Position numbers and translations under genes: made by a program
NCBI GenBank assembly: GCA_030600655.1
Contig: JAUVLP010000002.1
Location: 1-63,465 of the forward strand
From: Candidatus Eiseniibacteriota bacterium
GTDB lineage: Bacteria > Joyebacterota > Joyebacteria > Joyebacterales > Joyebacteraceae
DNA: 63,465 nt
Direction: 5' to 3'
Part shown: piece after piece, positions 18,155-28,374 of the stretch
How positions within the stretch are numbered: position 1 is the first letter of the stretch
Layout: each line of letters opens with the position of its first letter
Notes under the pieces: generated by a model
The model's input: the letters and a program-made list of their open reading frames with translations, nothing else
Told to the model about the DNA's origin: nothing
Database searches by the model: none

Positions 18155-19062
18155 TGCGCCCTCCTGCCTACGATCTCCACCTCGGTCACAAGATCACGCC
18201 CTGTGCGATCGCTCACTCGTTCACGGATCAGATTGATCAATTCCTCGACGTCTTCGGAAGTCGCCCCCCGGTCATTCAGTATGAAATTGGCATGTATGTC
18301 GGACACAACAGCTCCGCCGACACGCGCCCCGACAAGACCGGCAGAGTCTATGAGGGCCCATGCAGCCTTGTCGGGGAAATTCCGAAAAACGCACCCCGCG
18401 CTTCGCATTCCAACCGGCTGCGTCCGCCACTTCCTTTCGATGATCTCCTGGAGTCGTGCCGTAACGGCTGTGGGGTCATCCTCATCAAGAGCCAGGATGG
18501 CTCTCTCGACAATGTGTCCCTCCGGAATGCCCATTCGCCTGTAGGAAGCATCCAGTTCGTTTCCCGCAACCTGCACGGAGCTCTCCCCCGGCTCGAAGAC
18601 CGCGACCGATTCGAGGTGGTCGGCAAACCATATGCCGTAGCTTCCGGCATTCATAACCGCCGCTCCACCGACGCTTCCGGGTATCCCGGCCAGAGGCTCA
18701 AGCCCTGTGAGACCAAATTCGGCACAGAAATTCAGAAGTTCGCTCAGCGGAACACCACTGCCCACGGCCACAGTTCCTCCGTCCGCCTGCAGTGTGCTGA
18801 ACGCCTGCTCGGTGGAAATAACGGCTCCTTCGACGCCGCCGCTTCTCACGAGCAGATTCGTGCCTCTGCCGAGGATCTTGATCGTCACACCGGCGTCCTT
18901 AAGAAGCGACGTGCACTCCTTGAGGCTACCCTCGTCGAGCGGCTGGATGTAGACGTCGGCAAGTCCACCCAGACCGAATGACGTGTGCTTCGCCATCGGC
19001 TCGTCCGGATGCACACATCCCGGAGCAATAGCCTTCAGTTCTGCAATGATGCCTGGGTTCAT
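18151..19062 (-). CDS. murB: UDP-N-acetylenolpyruvoylglucosamine reductase MurB
   Basis: FAD-binding N-terminus (FGLGGLADVY) and RSAGCVFRNF motif. Confidence 0.95.
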   Translation of the reverse strand: MNPGIIAELKAIAPGCVHPDEPMAKHTSFGLGGLADVYIQPLDEGSLKECTSLLKDAGVTIKILGRGTNLLVRSGGVEGAVISTEQAFSTLQADGGTVAVGSGVPLSELLNFCAEFGLTGLEPLAGIPGSVGGAAVMNAGSYGIWFADHLESVAVFEPGESSVQVAGNELDASYRRMGIPEGHIVERAILALDEDDPTAVTARLQEIIERKWRTQPVGMRSAGCVFRNFPDKAAWALIDSAGLVGARVGGAVVSDIHANFILNDRGATSEDVEELINLIRERVSDRTGRDLVTEVEIVGRRAH

Positions 19063-19096
19063 CCTCGCTGCCTCATCCTGATCTGCATCCGGGACA

Positions 19097-20488
19097 TCAA
19101 GCTACCCCTCGCTCGCCGACGGCTGAGAGAATCCGATCCCCCAGCTTGTAGATGTCGCCGGCCCCGAGTGTAACGACCACATCACCTGGGCGTATGATCT
19201 CGATGACGTGCGCAAACAGTTCATCCATATCCTCGATATATGTTGCGTCCCTGTGGCCGTATCGTATCGCGGCCTCAGTGATGGTGGCCCCACTCACTCC
19301 CTCGATAGGCGTTTCGCTGGCGGCGTAGATGCCAGTGACCACAAGTACGTCGGCGTCGTAGAATGATCTCCCGAACTGGTCAGCCAGCTTCTGCGTTCGC
19401 GTGTATCTGTGAGGCTGGAAGAGGACGACGAGTCTTCTGTTCCAGCGCGCGGCTGCTGCCGCGAGAGTCGTTCCGATCTCAACCGGGTGGTGGCCGTAAT
19501 CATCCAGTACAAGCACATTGTTGACCTCCCCTTTGATCTCGAATCTGCGAGCGATTCCTTCGAATTCCTTCAAAGATGCGGCAATGTCTCCGAACTCCAC
19601 ACCGAGTTCGAGACCGACCGCGATTGCGGCGAGAGAGTTGTATATGTTATGAAGCCCGGGCATTGATATCTCGAGCCTGCCCAGCTCCTCTCCGTGCGCC
19701 ACGATGGTGACCGCCGTCAGATCCTCCGACGACTCGATGTCATGTCCCTGCACATCCGACTGACCCGTCAGGCCGTAGCTCACGACCCTGCGATGGATAT
19801 CTGAAATGATGGACTGGATGTTATGCTGATCAAGACAGACCACCGAACAGCCATAGAACGGGACACTGTTGGCGAACAGAATGAACGCCTTCTTGATCTC
19901 ATCTATTCCCTTGTAGAAATCGAGATGTTCCTCATCGATGGTCGTAATAACGGCTATTGTCGGCGAGAGCTTCAGAAACGATCCATCGCTCTCATCGGCC
20001 TCGGCCACGATGTACTCGCTCGCACCGAGCCGGGCTCCTGTCCCCATTGCCCTCACGGTTCCACCGACGACGACCGTGGGATCCAACCCGCCGGCTGTCA
20101 GTACGGTCGCGATGAGCGACGTGACCGTTGTCTTGCCGTGTGTTCCTCCAACAGCCACCGAGTACTTCATGCGCATCAGTTCGGCGAGCATCTCAACGCG
20201 CGGAATAATGGGAATCATTGCCGCTCGCGCAGCCGCGACCTCGGGATTACCAGGTGGGATCGCGGTTGAGGTGACCACGACCTCCGCTCCCGCGATGTTG
20301 GCGGCCTCATGACCGTAGGAGATCCTGCCGCCCAAGCGTTCCAGCCTGTCGGTGATCTCTCCCCGGTGGAGATCGGAGCCTGACACATCGAAACCAAGAG
20401 TGAGAAGGATCTCCGCGATCCCTCCCATCCCCACACCGCCTATTCCCACCAAATGGACACGTTTGACTCTGCCGAACATGGTTACCAT
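19097..20488 (-). CDS. murC: UDP-N-acetylmuramate--L-alanine ligase MurC
   Basis: HLVGIGGVGMGGIAEIL Rossmann region and GGTHGKTTVTSL P-loop. Confidence 0.95.
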   Translation of the reverse strand: MVTMFGRVKRVHLVGIGGVGMGGIAEILLTLGFDVSGSDLHRGEITDRLERLGGRISYGHEAANIAGAEVVVTSTAIPPGNPEVAAARAAMIPIIPRVEMLAELMRMKYSVAVGGTHGKTTVTSLIATVLTAGGLDPTVVVGGTVRAMGTGARLGASEYIVAEADESDGSFLKLSPTIAVITTIDEEHLDFYKGIDEIKKAFILFANSVPFYGCSVVCLDQHNIQSIISDIHRRVVSYGLTGQSDVQGHDIESSEDLTAVTIVAHGEELGRLEISMPGLHNIYNSLAAIAVGLELGVEFGDIAASLKEFEGIARRFEIKGEVNNVLVLDDYGHHPVEIGTTLAAAAARWNRRLVVLFQPHRYTRTQKLADQFGRSFYDADVLVVTGIYAASETPIEGVSGATITEAAIRYGHRDATYIEDMDELFAHVIEIIRPGDVVVTLGAGDIYKLGDRILSAVGERGVA

Positions 20489-20571
20489 GTTTCCTTCTCT
20501 GCTCCCCGCGGATCGACCCGCCTCCCGTTGCAGCCGGTCGAGCCGGCCCAGCGGACTACGCCTCGCGTCAA

Positions 20572-21663
20572 TCAGTGCTTGGTTCGCGACACCACCGCCA
20601 GGATGTCCTGCGCGACCCGGTAAGCCGCATCGGGCCGCGCGAGGACTCTGACTGCGCTTGACATACTCGTCAGCCGCTTGCGATCGCGAAGGAGACCTTC
20701 GATGGTATCGGCAAGCCGATCTCCAGTAAACTCGCCGTCGGAAATCACTACAGCCGCTCCGGCATTCTCCACCGAGCGGGCATTCTTCGTCTGGTGGTCA
20801 TCAGTAGCGTGCGGGTACGGAACGAGAATGGCGGGCCGCCCGACGATGGCCGTCTCGGCCAGCGTTGCAGCGCCGGCGCGCGAGACAACAATGTCGCACG
20901 CCGCAAAGACTCGGGCGAGGTCTTCGAAGAACACCTCGACGATCGCCCGCGCTCCCACCAACACTGCCTGACGACGAACATGCTCAAGTTCTTCCGCGCC
21001 CGTCTGGATGACGAACTCCACCCCGGCCGCAGACAACCGCTGCATGGCATCAGCCACCGCAAGGCTCAGCCGCTTGGCTCCCCGGCTCCCTCCCACAACC
21101 ATTACAACAGTTGCCTCTCGAGAGAGACCGAGAGCGCGGCGCGCGGCCGCGCGATCCAGCTCATCAAATCCGCGCCGCACAGGATTCCCCGAGTGCTCGA
21201 TCCTCCTTGCACGCGGGAGATACTTCTCGGACTCCGCAAAGGTGACGTGCACAACCTCCGCGAATCTCGAAAGAACCCTCGTGGCAAGTCCCGGCCTGCA
21301 GTTCTGCTCCAGAAGGACGATCGGAACACCGAGGGCGCGAGCCGCAACCACAGACGGAAGACTGGCGAAGCCCCCCGTCCCAACTGCAACATCCGGTCGC
21401 TTCATGGCGAGAGCTGAGACCGCCTTCAGACAGCCCACTGCCACCACGAACGGGACCGCCACGTTTCTGATGACGGCTCCGCGGATGATTCCCATAGAAG
21501 GCACAGTCACGAACCGTCTTTCGGTTCGCAACACGACGCGCTCTTCGATCGACCCTCCGCGTCCCATGAAGAAGACCTCCGCCTCCGGGGAAAGCTCTTC
21601 GATCGCCTCAGCGACCGCGATTCCCGGGAATATGTGTCCCCCTGTGCCTCCGCCGGTGATCAT
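20572..21663 (-). CDS. murG: Lipid II-forming GlcNAc transferase MurG
   Basis: ITGGGTGGHIFPG motif. The track start (21699) would overlap ftsW by 31 nt; the ATG at 21663 lies just after the ftsW stop. Confidence 0.93.
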   Translation of the reverse strand: MITGGGTGGHIFPGIAVAEAIEELSPEAEVFFMGRGGSIEERVVLRTERRFVTVPSMGIIRGAVIRNVAVPFVVAVGCLKAVSALAMKRPDVAVGTGGFASLPSVVAARALGVPIVLLEQNCRPGLATRVLSRFAEVVHVTFAESEKYLPRARRIEHSGNPVRRGFDELDRAAARRALGLSREATVVMVVGGSRGAKRLSLAVADAMQRLSAAGVEFVIQTGAEELEHVRRQAVLVGARAIVEVFFEDLARVFAACDIVVSRAGAATLAETAIVGRPAILVPYPHATDDHQTKNARSVENAGAAVVISDGEFTGDRLADTIEGLLRDRKRLTSMSSAVRVLARPDAAYRVAQDILAVVSRTKH

Positions 21664-21668
21664 TATCC

Positions 21669-22811
21669 TCACGACCTCTTCCCTCTTCGGTTCTCGCATG
21701 ACTGAGCACCGGTTGTTTCGAACACCCTGCGACGTGACATATTTATGAGAATGCCGGCCGCGGCCATGTTCACAAGGAGCGACGTGCCCCCGTAGCTCAC
21801 GAACGGGAGCGGTAGACCAGTCGTCGGTATGGTGGCGGTAACAACACCGATGTTGATCGCCGCGTAGATCACGATCATCATCGTGAGTCCGGCGGCCAGA
21901 ATGGACCCGTACAGATCCTGCGATCTGGCGGCTATCTTCAGTCCACGCACCATCAGAAACACAAAAAGAGCGACAAGAACCAGTGTTCCAACAAGTCCGA
22001 GTTCCTCACCCCATATTGAAAACGCGAAGTCTGTATATGAATCTGGGATAAACGCCCTTTGGAGACTCCCCCCGATTCCCCTGCCGGAGATCCCACCCGA
22101 ACCCAAGGCGATCAGAGACTGATAGACCTGATAGGCAGGCCCCTGTGTGTTCACTCCAGTGAGCGACAGATCGTACGTCGACTGCCAGATGCCAACACGC
22201 TCAGCGATCCGCGGCACGATCTTGTATGCCAGGAATCCCAACGGCGCAGCCGCCAGCCCGAGTGCCGAAATGTGCGACACCCTGACGCCTCCGAGGAAAA
22301 GCATTGTCAATGCAAGGACCAGAATGGCAAGAGCGCTTCCGTAATCCTGCTGTCCGGCAATAAGGGCCACCGTGAGAACGACCAGCACGAGCCGTGGAGC
22401 AAGTCCCCGCGCGAAGCTGACAAGGTCCTTCTGTCTGCGGTCAAGTACATCGGCGAGATACAGAACGAGAACCAGCTTCGCCACCTCGCTCGTCTGAATG
22501 CTCATGAACGTCGATGTCGCTCCCCTGATGGTCCGGCCTGAGGTGAGCGTCAGAATAAGCAACAGCAGCGATACCAACATCGCCTGTCTTGCGAATTTCC
22601 GATACTTCTTGTAGTCGATGGAGGCAAACGTACCCATGACAGCGAGTCCGAGCAGGAGCCTCAGAATTTGTCGCTGCATCATGACATTCTCTCCGCCGAG
22701 CTTGAGGCCGGAGAAGTAGATGCTGGCCGTATAGATGGTCATGGTGCCAACCAGGGCCAGCAGAAGCACTGTCCAGATGAGAGGTCTGTCGTATCTGATC
22801 ATTCCTCTCAA
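21669..22811 (-). CDS. ftsW: SEDS-family peptidoglycan polymerase FtsW
   Basis: Ten-TM SEDS pattern with PDSYTDFAFSIWGEELGL. The TTG start overlaps the murD stop (TTGA). Confidence 0.93.
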   Translation of the reverse strand: MRGMIRYDRPLIWTVLLLALVGTMTIYTASIYFSGLKLGGENVMMQRQILRLLLGLAVMGTFASIDYKKYRKFARQAMLVSLLLLILTLTSGRTIRGATSTFMSIQTSEVAKLVLVLYLADVLDRRQKDLVSFARGLAPRLVLVVLTVALIAGQQDYGSALAILVLALTMLFLGGVRVSHISALGLAAAPLGFLAYKIVPRIAERVGIWQSTYDLSLTGVNTQGPAYQVYQSLIALGSGGISGRGIGGSLQRAFIPDSYTDFAFSIWGEELGLVGTLVLVALFVFLMVRGLKIAARSQDLYGSILAAGLTMMIVIYAAINIGVVTATIPTTGLPLPFVSYGGTSLLVNMAAAGILINMSRRRVFETTGAQSCENRRGKRS

Positions 22812-24214
22812 GCCGTTCTCTCCTTCCCGTCCAGCGCCGCGGCTGAGTTCTTGAGTCGCGCTACCTCATCCTTGAATCTGCGACCACGATCCTCGAAGTC
22901 CTCGAACATGTCGAAGCTCGCGCAAGCCGGTGATAAAAGAACGACATCTCCCCGTCCGGCCATCGTCCTGGCCAGCTCGAGCGCGTCTCTCAACGACTCC
23001 GCGAACCTGACGGGCACTGTACCCTCAAGCGCAACCGCCATGTTGGCTGCGGCCTCTCCGATGAAGATGGCATTCCTCACATTGCGGGCTGCCGGCTCTT
23101 TCAACAGCTCAAAGCGGGAACCTTTGTCCTTCCCTCCCCCTATCCAGATGATCGGAGCGTCGAAACTCATGAGGGCGTACTTGACTGAATCGACATTGGT
23201 CGCCTTCGAGTCGTTCACATAGCGCACACCATCAATGTGGGCCACATCCTCAAGCCGGTGCTCCATGGATCTGAATGTCCGGAGTACGTCCGAGGCATCT
23301 ACGAAATCGACATCAACAAGGAGCGCCACTGCCAGTGCCGCCAGCGAATTCCAGAGATTGTGCGGCCCTGGAAGACCAAGCTCGCTTACGGGCATGATCT
23401 CAATCTCACCACCACCGATCTGCGACACTATCCATCCGTCCCGCACAAAGACGCCGCCATCCACCTCTTTGAACCTGCTCACAGGAACAACATGCCCCGG
23501 TATCTCATCTGCCGCGGCCTCGAGAAGCTCGTCATCGACGTTCAGAACAGCGTAGTCGCTGGACGTCTGGTTCTCGAAGATCCTGAACTTCGCGTCAATG
23601 TAGCCCTGGTACGAGACATACCGGTCAAGGTGATCCCGCGTGATATTGAGAAGAACGCCGACATGCGGCCGAAAGGTTTCGATCGTGTCCAGCTGAAAAC
23701 TCGACACTTCCGCGACCACAAGAGCATCGGACGGCAGATCTGCTATCTCTCCCGAAATCGCCGCGCCAATGTTCCCACCGACAGCAACTGGGCGCCCTGA
23801 GTTCCTCACAAGTTCCCCGATCAAAGCTGTAGTTGTCGTCTTTCCGTTCGTTCCCGTCACTGCCACCCACTCAGCGTCTGAGCATGAATACGCAAGTTCG
23901 AGTTCCCCGATAACAGAGATGCCGCGTTCACGCGCTTCAGACAAGAGAGGAACGGTAAGCGGCACGCCGGGACTTGTGACCACCAGATCGATGCCGTTCA
24001 TAAGTCCCCGTGGGTGCTCGCCAAGCACGAGTTCAACTTCTCTCTCGTGCCAATCCCCGGAAAAGTGATCGAGTTCGGCTTCGCTTCTGCGATCGACCGC
24101 CACCACCTTGCTTCCCGAGCGCAGGAGCAGATCGACGGCTGCCCTTCCGCTTCTCGCCAAGCCGAGCACGAGTACTCTCTTCCCTGCCAGCTCTCGCTGT
24201 ACCCGAGTTACCAA
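22808..24214 (-). CDS. murD: UDP-MurNAc-L-Ala--D-Glu ligase MurD
   Basis: VLGLARSGRAAV Rossmann region and VTGTNGKTTTTAL P-loop. TTG start is preceded by GGAGGAGG. Confidence 0.95.
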   Translation of the reverse strand: MVTRVQRELAGKRVLVLGLARSGRAAVDLLLRSGSKVVAVDRRSEAELDHFSGDWHEREVELVLGEHPRGLMNGIDLVVTSPGVPLTVPLLSEARERGISVIGELELAYSCSDAEWVAVTGTNGKTTTTALIGELVRNSGRPVAVGGNIGAAISGEIADLPSDALVVAEVSSFQLDTIETFRPHVGVLLNITRDHLDRYVSYQGYIDAKFRIFENQTSSDYAVLNVDDELLEAAADEIPGHVVPVSRFKEVDGGVFVRDGWIVSQIGGGEIEIMPVSELGLPGPHNLWNSLAALAVALLVDVDFVDASDVLRTFRSMEHRLEDVAHIDGVRYVNDSKATNVDSVKYALMSFDAPIIWIGGGKDKGSRFELLKEPAARNVRNAIFIGEAAANMAVALEGTVPVRFAESLRDALELARTMAGRGDVVLLSPACASFDMFEDFEDRGRRFKDEVARLKNSAAALDGKERTA

Positions 24215-24323
24215 GGAGTACCGACCTCCTCCCGCTTCGCTCTCTGCCTCCCCACCAACCGGTCTTCATGAAATCACGCTGCGCTTTCCGGTTCGAGTCC
24301 TGTGTCCGATTCCGCTGCTCCCG

Positions 24324-25406
24324 TCACTGAAGCTTCAGCGTCGAGAGCGAGAGGAGTGCGAAGAGCGCCCCGACAATCCAGAATCGGACAACTATCTTGC
24401 TCTCCGGCCACCCCAGTTTCTGGAAGTGGTGGTGGAGAGGAGCCATGAGGAACACTCGTTTCCCTCGCATCTTGTATGAGACGACCTGGATGATGACCGA
24501 AGCGGCGACCATGACGAACAACCCGCCGACAATCAGCAGCCACATCTCTTTCTTGATAAGAATCGCCAGTGTCCCTAGCACACCGCCGACGGCCAGTGAT
24601 CCCGTATCTCCCATGAAGATCTCGGCTGGGTGCGCGTTGAACCACAGAAACCCAAGCCCGGCGCCTATGAGCGCGGAGCAGAAGACCGTCAGCTCCCCAG
24701 CTCCGGATATGTACGGGATGTTCAGATAGTCGCTGAACCTGACGTGCCCAGTGACATAGCTCAAGGCGGCGAATGCGAGCGCGCAGAACACAACCAGACC
24801 TATCGCGAGACCGTCCAGACCGTCCGTCAGATTCACCGCATTGGAGCTGGCGGTGATGACGATCATCACGAAGAGCACGTAGGCCGGACCGAGAGACAAA
24901 AGCGAGTCCTTGAGGAACGGGACAGCCACGTTGGTCGGATCCGCGATGAACGTGCCTCGATAGATGAGCAGTCCGATGACGAGCCCCAGCACGAGCTGTC
25001 CGGCAAGCTTGTAGCGCGCGACCAGCCCCTTCCTCCGTTTCTTGACCACCTTGAGGTAGTCATCTGTGAAGCCGACAATCCCAAGCCAGACCATGGCCAT
25101 CATTATTAGCCAGATGAACTCGTTATCGAGCCGCGCCCAGAGAAGCGTGGGAACAACAGTTGCGACAAGGATTAGAAGCCCACCCATCGTCGGTGTGCCG
25201 GCTTTGTCGGCATGTGACTCCGGGGTGTATTCGCGCACGCCATCCGTCTGCCGGCGGCGCTTGAGCATGCGGATAAAGAAGGGGCCTAGGAGGAAGCTTA
25301 TGGGCAGGGCTGTCTTGGCCGCGTACGCCGAACGGAAGGTGATATATCGGAAGACATTGAAGGCGGATATGTAGTCCCTCAAGGGGTACAACCAGTGATA
25401 TAACAT
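24324..25406 (-). CDS. mraY: Phospho-MurNAc-pentapeptide translocase MraY
   Basis: FMGDTGSLAVGG and NLTDGLDGLA motifs. The ATG at 25406 directly abuts the murF stop (25408). The track start at 25481 is an extension. Confidence 0.95.
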   Translation of the reverse strand: MLYHWLYPLRDYISAFNVFRYITFRSAYAAKTALPISFLLGPFFIRMLKRRRQTDGVREYTPESHADKAGTPTMGGLLILVATVVPTLLWARLDNEFIWLIMMAMVWLGIVGFTDDYLKVVKKRRKGLVARYKLAGQLVLGLVIGLLIYRGTFIADPTNVAVPFLKDSLLSLGPAYVLFVMIVITASSNAVNLTDGLDGLAIGLVVFCALAFAALSYVTGHVRFSDYLNIPYISGAGELTVFCSALIGAGLGFLWFNAHPAEIFMGDTGSLAVGGVLGTLAILIKKEMWLLIVGGLFVMVAASVIIQVVSYKMRGKRVFLMAPLHHHFQKLGWPESKIVVRFWIVGALFALLSLSTLKLQ

Positions 25407-25407
25407 G

Positions 25408-26841
25408 TCAGCCCTTTTCCGATAGGGAACCAAGTGGTCCCGCCGGCTGGGAGACGGGCGTCTCCCCCACCAGCAACTCAACCACTTCCTCCATGCGCAT
25501 TCCGCGCGACCCCTTCACCAACAGAACGCCATCAGGTGCAAGATCTCTGTCGAGATCCCGTGCCAGCGCTCCTTTGTCTCTATAGATTCTCACCCGATCG
25601 GGTGACATCCCGCTGTCCGTCGCCCCGTCCCGAAGAGCCTCGACCTCGCTCCCGTAGAGATAGAGCCTTTCCACCCCGAGCTTTGCCGCGGCGATCCCGG
25701 CCTCGCGATGGACCTTCTCGCTCATCCCGCCCATCTCCAGCATGTCGCCTATAGCTGCAGCGGTGGCCCTCCCGCGTCCCACGGACATGAGGGTCTCGAG
25801 CGCAGCGCGAAGCGATCCGGGATTGCAGTTATATGCATCGTTGATGACTGTTCTTCCTCCGACAGTCAGGACGGCCATTCTCATCGGGCTCGGTTCGAAA
25901 CCCGACAGCGCCTGCGCCGATTCGCCCGCAGGGACGCCAAGAACTGCGCCTGCGGCTATGGCAGCCAGAGCGTTCATCACATTGTGCCGCCCGGGAACCG
26001 GGAGTTCGACTGTCGCAGATGCGTCCACGATGTCGCTCTTCTCGACCCGAAAACAGACGCCGTGCTGATTCGCTTCTATCGCGACCGCTCTCACATCAGC
26101 GCTCTCCGATAGCCCGAACGTCGCCACGTTTGCCGGAGCTCTCTCGATCTGTGACATGACGCGCGGATCATCGGCATTCAAGATGGCGTTCCCGCTGCGG
26201 TCGAGAACATCCAGGAGCTCCCCCTTCGCCTTTGCCACCGTCTCTATGTCATGCATCGTCTCGATATGTGCTTCAGAAACGTTCGTGATGATGCCCACCT
26301 GCGGCTTCACGGCTGCCCCCAGGCGCGCTATCACGCCCGGGTGGTCCATGCCGATCTCGACAACGGCTGCGGTGTGCCGCTCTTCTATTCCAAAGAGTGT
26401 GAGCGGAACTCCTATATGGTTGTTGTAGTTGCCTTCTGTTTTAGCCACGCACCACTGCTTGCCCAGCACGGCCGCGGTCATGTCCTTGGTCGTCGTCTTG
26501 CCGTTCGTCCCCGTAACGGCAACGACGCGCACTGCGAATCTGTCTCTGTACCAACCGCTCAGAGCCAGGAGAGCATCACCCGTGTCCGACACGTGAACGA
26601 GTGGTCCGGAGACTGACTGGATCCCGGCCGACACGGCAACCACAGCGGCCACGGCACCTCTCTCGAACGCCGCGCCGACGAATTCGTGCCCATCGTACCG
26701 CTCTCCGCGAATGGCAATGAAGAGATCGCCTGCTCGTGTGGTCCGTGAATCGATCGAGATTCCCGTTGCTGCAACAGCCGGAAGACCGTCGCCGGCCACA
26801 CCCATGGCCTGTGCCATCTCGATCAAGAGCACCCTCTCCAT
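25408..26841 (-). CDS. murF: UDP-MurNAc-tripeptide--D-Ala-D-Ala ligase MurF
   Basis: VTGTNGKTTTKDM P-loop and Mur ligase middle/C-terminal domains. The ATG abuts the murE stop. Confidence 0.95.
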   Translation of the reverse strand: MERVLLIEMAQAMGVAGDGLPAVAATGISIDSRTTRAGDLFIAIRGERYDGHEFVGAAFERGAVAAVVAVSAGIQSVSGPLVHVSDTGDALLALSGWYRDRFAVRVVAVTGTNGKTTTKDMTAAVLGKQWCVAKTEGNYNNHIGVPLTLFGIEERHTAAVVEIGMDHPGVIARLGAAVKPQVGIITNVSEAHIETMHDIETVAKAKGELLDVLDRSGNAILNADDPRVMSQIERAPANVATFGLSESADVRAVAIEANQHGVCFRVEKSDIVDASATVELPVPGRHNVMNALAAIAAGAVLGVPAGESAQALSGFEPSPMRMAVLTVGGRTVINDAYNCNPGSLRAALETLMSVGRGRATAAAIGDMLEMGGMSEKVHREAGIAAAKLGVERLYLYGSEVEALRDGATDSGMSPDRVRIYRDKGALARDLDRDLAPDGVLLVKGSRGMRMEEVVELLVGETPVSQPAGPLGSLSEKG

Positions 26842-28365
26842 TCAGTGCACCTCTGCTTCTCTGGCAGCAATCGCTGCCCGGGCCTCTTCACGATCATCGA
26901 AGTGGAGTATCTCCCCACCAATGATCTGGTAGTCCTCGTGTCCCTTCCCGGCGATGACGACGATGTCGCCTTCCGTAGCAGCCGTGACGGCGGCCATGAT
27001 GGCCTCGCGCCGGTCCTCAATGATGTAGGCATCTGTACTGTCGCCGGCCTCGCGTACGCCCTCGAGGATCTCAGCAATGATGGCGCCGGGCTCTTCGGTT
27101 CGCGGGTTGTCTGAAGTAATCACGACCAGATCCGACATGCGGGCGGCTATGCAGCCCATCATTGGACGTTTTCCTCGGTCTCGGTCGCCGCCACACCCAA
27201 ACACTGTTATGATGCGGACTGGATTCAGGTTCCGGATTGCCGTCAGAACTTTCTCGAGCGCGTCCGGCGTGTGTGCGTAGTCCACGACAACCGAGAACCC
27301 TTGGGCGCCCTGGACAAGTTCCAGCCTTCCGGCGACCCGCTTCACCTTGCCCAACCCCGCCCGTATAGACTCGAGCGGTACGCTCTGTGTCACGGCCACA
27401 GCAGTGGCCGCCAGGGCGTTCATGATGTTGAAGCCGGCGATGAGATTGAGATGCACATTGATCTTGCCAACCGGGGTGTGAAACACGGCCGTCGTACCCT
27501 CGGCGTCCGTCTCAACGCTCGAGGCATGGACGTCTCCATCAGCCATTCCATAGGAAAGCACGGCAACTCGATCCGCATCCGACAGTGACTCCAGAATCTC
27601 CAGGCCGAAGGTATCGTCGCGGTTCACGATCGCCGATGCTCCCGGCTTTCCGGCCTCACCGGCAATGAGATCGAACAGCTTCTTCTTGGCCGCCCCGTAC
27701 TCCGCGATCGAACCGTGGAAATCAAGATGGTCCCGCGAAAGATTCGTGAACGTTGCCGTGTCCATTTTCATCCCAAGTACGCGCCCGAGGGAGAGAGCGT
27801 GCGACGACACCTCCATCGTGACGGCCTCCACGCCATCGTCCAGCATCGACGCCAGAAGTCTGGCCAGATCGACGGCTTCCGGACTCGTCCGTTCTGCAAC
27901 CCGATCCGCCCCTACTCCACGATATCCGAGAGTCCCTATGACACCCGTCCTGATGCCGTTCTCTTTCAGGATCGAATCGACGAAGTGCAATGTCGTCGTC
28001 TTGCCATTCGTTCCTGTGATCGCGTGGACCTTGAGACGCTCTGACGGTCTTCCGTAGAACTCTTGCGCCACCGGCCCCATCGCGGCCCGCGTGTTGGCGA
28101 CGACGATCTCCGTGATTCCCGCGATGCCGGTCGGCTCCTCGACTAGAGTGGCAACAGCTCCCCTGCGCACGGCGTCCGCGACGTGCGAATGCCCGTCGGT
28201 GACAAACCCCCGGACAGCGACAAAGAGACCCTTCTCCCGCACCTTCCGTGAGTCATACTCGACGGCGCCTACTTCGAGTTCGCCGATTGAGGTCTTCGCA
28301 TGTGTGTCGGCAATATGAAACTGCACGCCACTTCCTCTGAGAATGTCCTCGAGTCTCTTAAGCAC
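26842..28365 (-). CDS. murE: UDP-MurNAc-L-Ala-D-Glu--meso-DAP ligase MurE
   Basis: ITGTNGKTTTLHF P-loop. ITSDNPRTE (DNPR) indicates meso-DAP specificity. Confidence 0.95.
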   Translation of the reverse strand: MLKRLEDILRGSGVQFHIADTHAKTSIGELEVGAVEYDSRKVREKGLFVAVRGFVTDGHSHVADAVRRGAVATLVEEPTGIAGITEIVVANTRAAMGPVAQEFYGRPSERLKVHAITGTNGKTTTLHFVDSILKENGIRTGVIGTLGYRGVGADRVAERTSPEAVDLARLLASMLDDGVEAVTMEVSSHALSLGRVLGMKMDTATFTNLSRDHLDFHGSIAEYGAAKKKLFDLIAGEAGKPGASAIVNRDDTFGLEILESLSDADRVAVLSYGMADGDVHASSVETDAEGTTAVFHTPVGKINVHLNLIAGFNIMNALAATAVAVTQSVPLESIRAGLGKVKRVAGRLELVQGAQGFSVVVDYAHTPDALEKVLTAIRNLNPVRIITVFGCGGDRDRGKRPMMGCIAARMSDLVVITSDNPRTEEPGAIIAEILEGVREAGDSTDAYIIEDRREAIMAAVTAATEGDIVVIAGKGHEDYQIIGGEILHFDDREEARAAIAAREAEVH

Positions 28366-28374
28366 AGGTACCCT

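Noticed and set aside
24033-24269. 78-aa ORF spanning the mraY-murD spacer
   Set aside because: It overlaps murD out of frame, is Gly/Arg-rich, and the spacer is better explained as the murD SD region.
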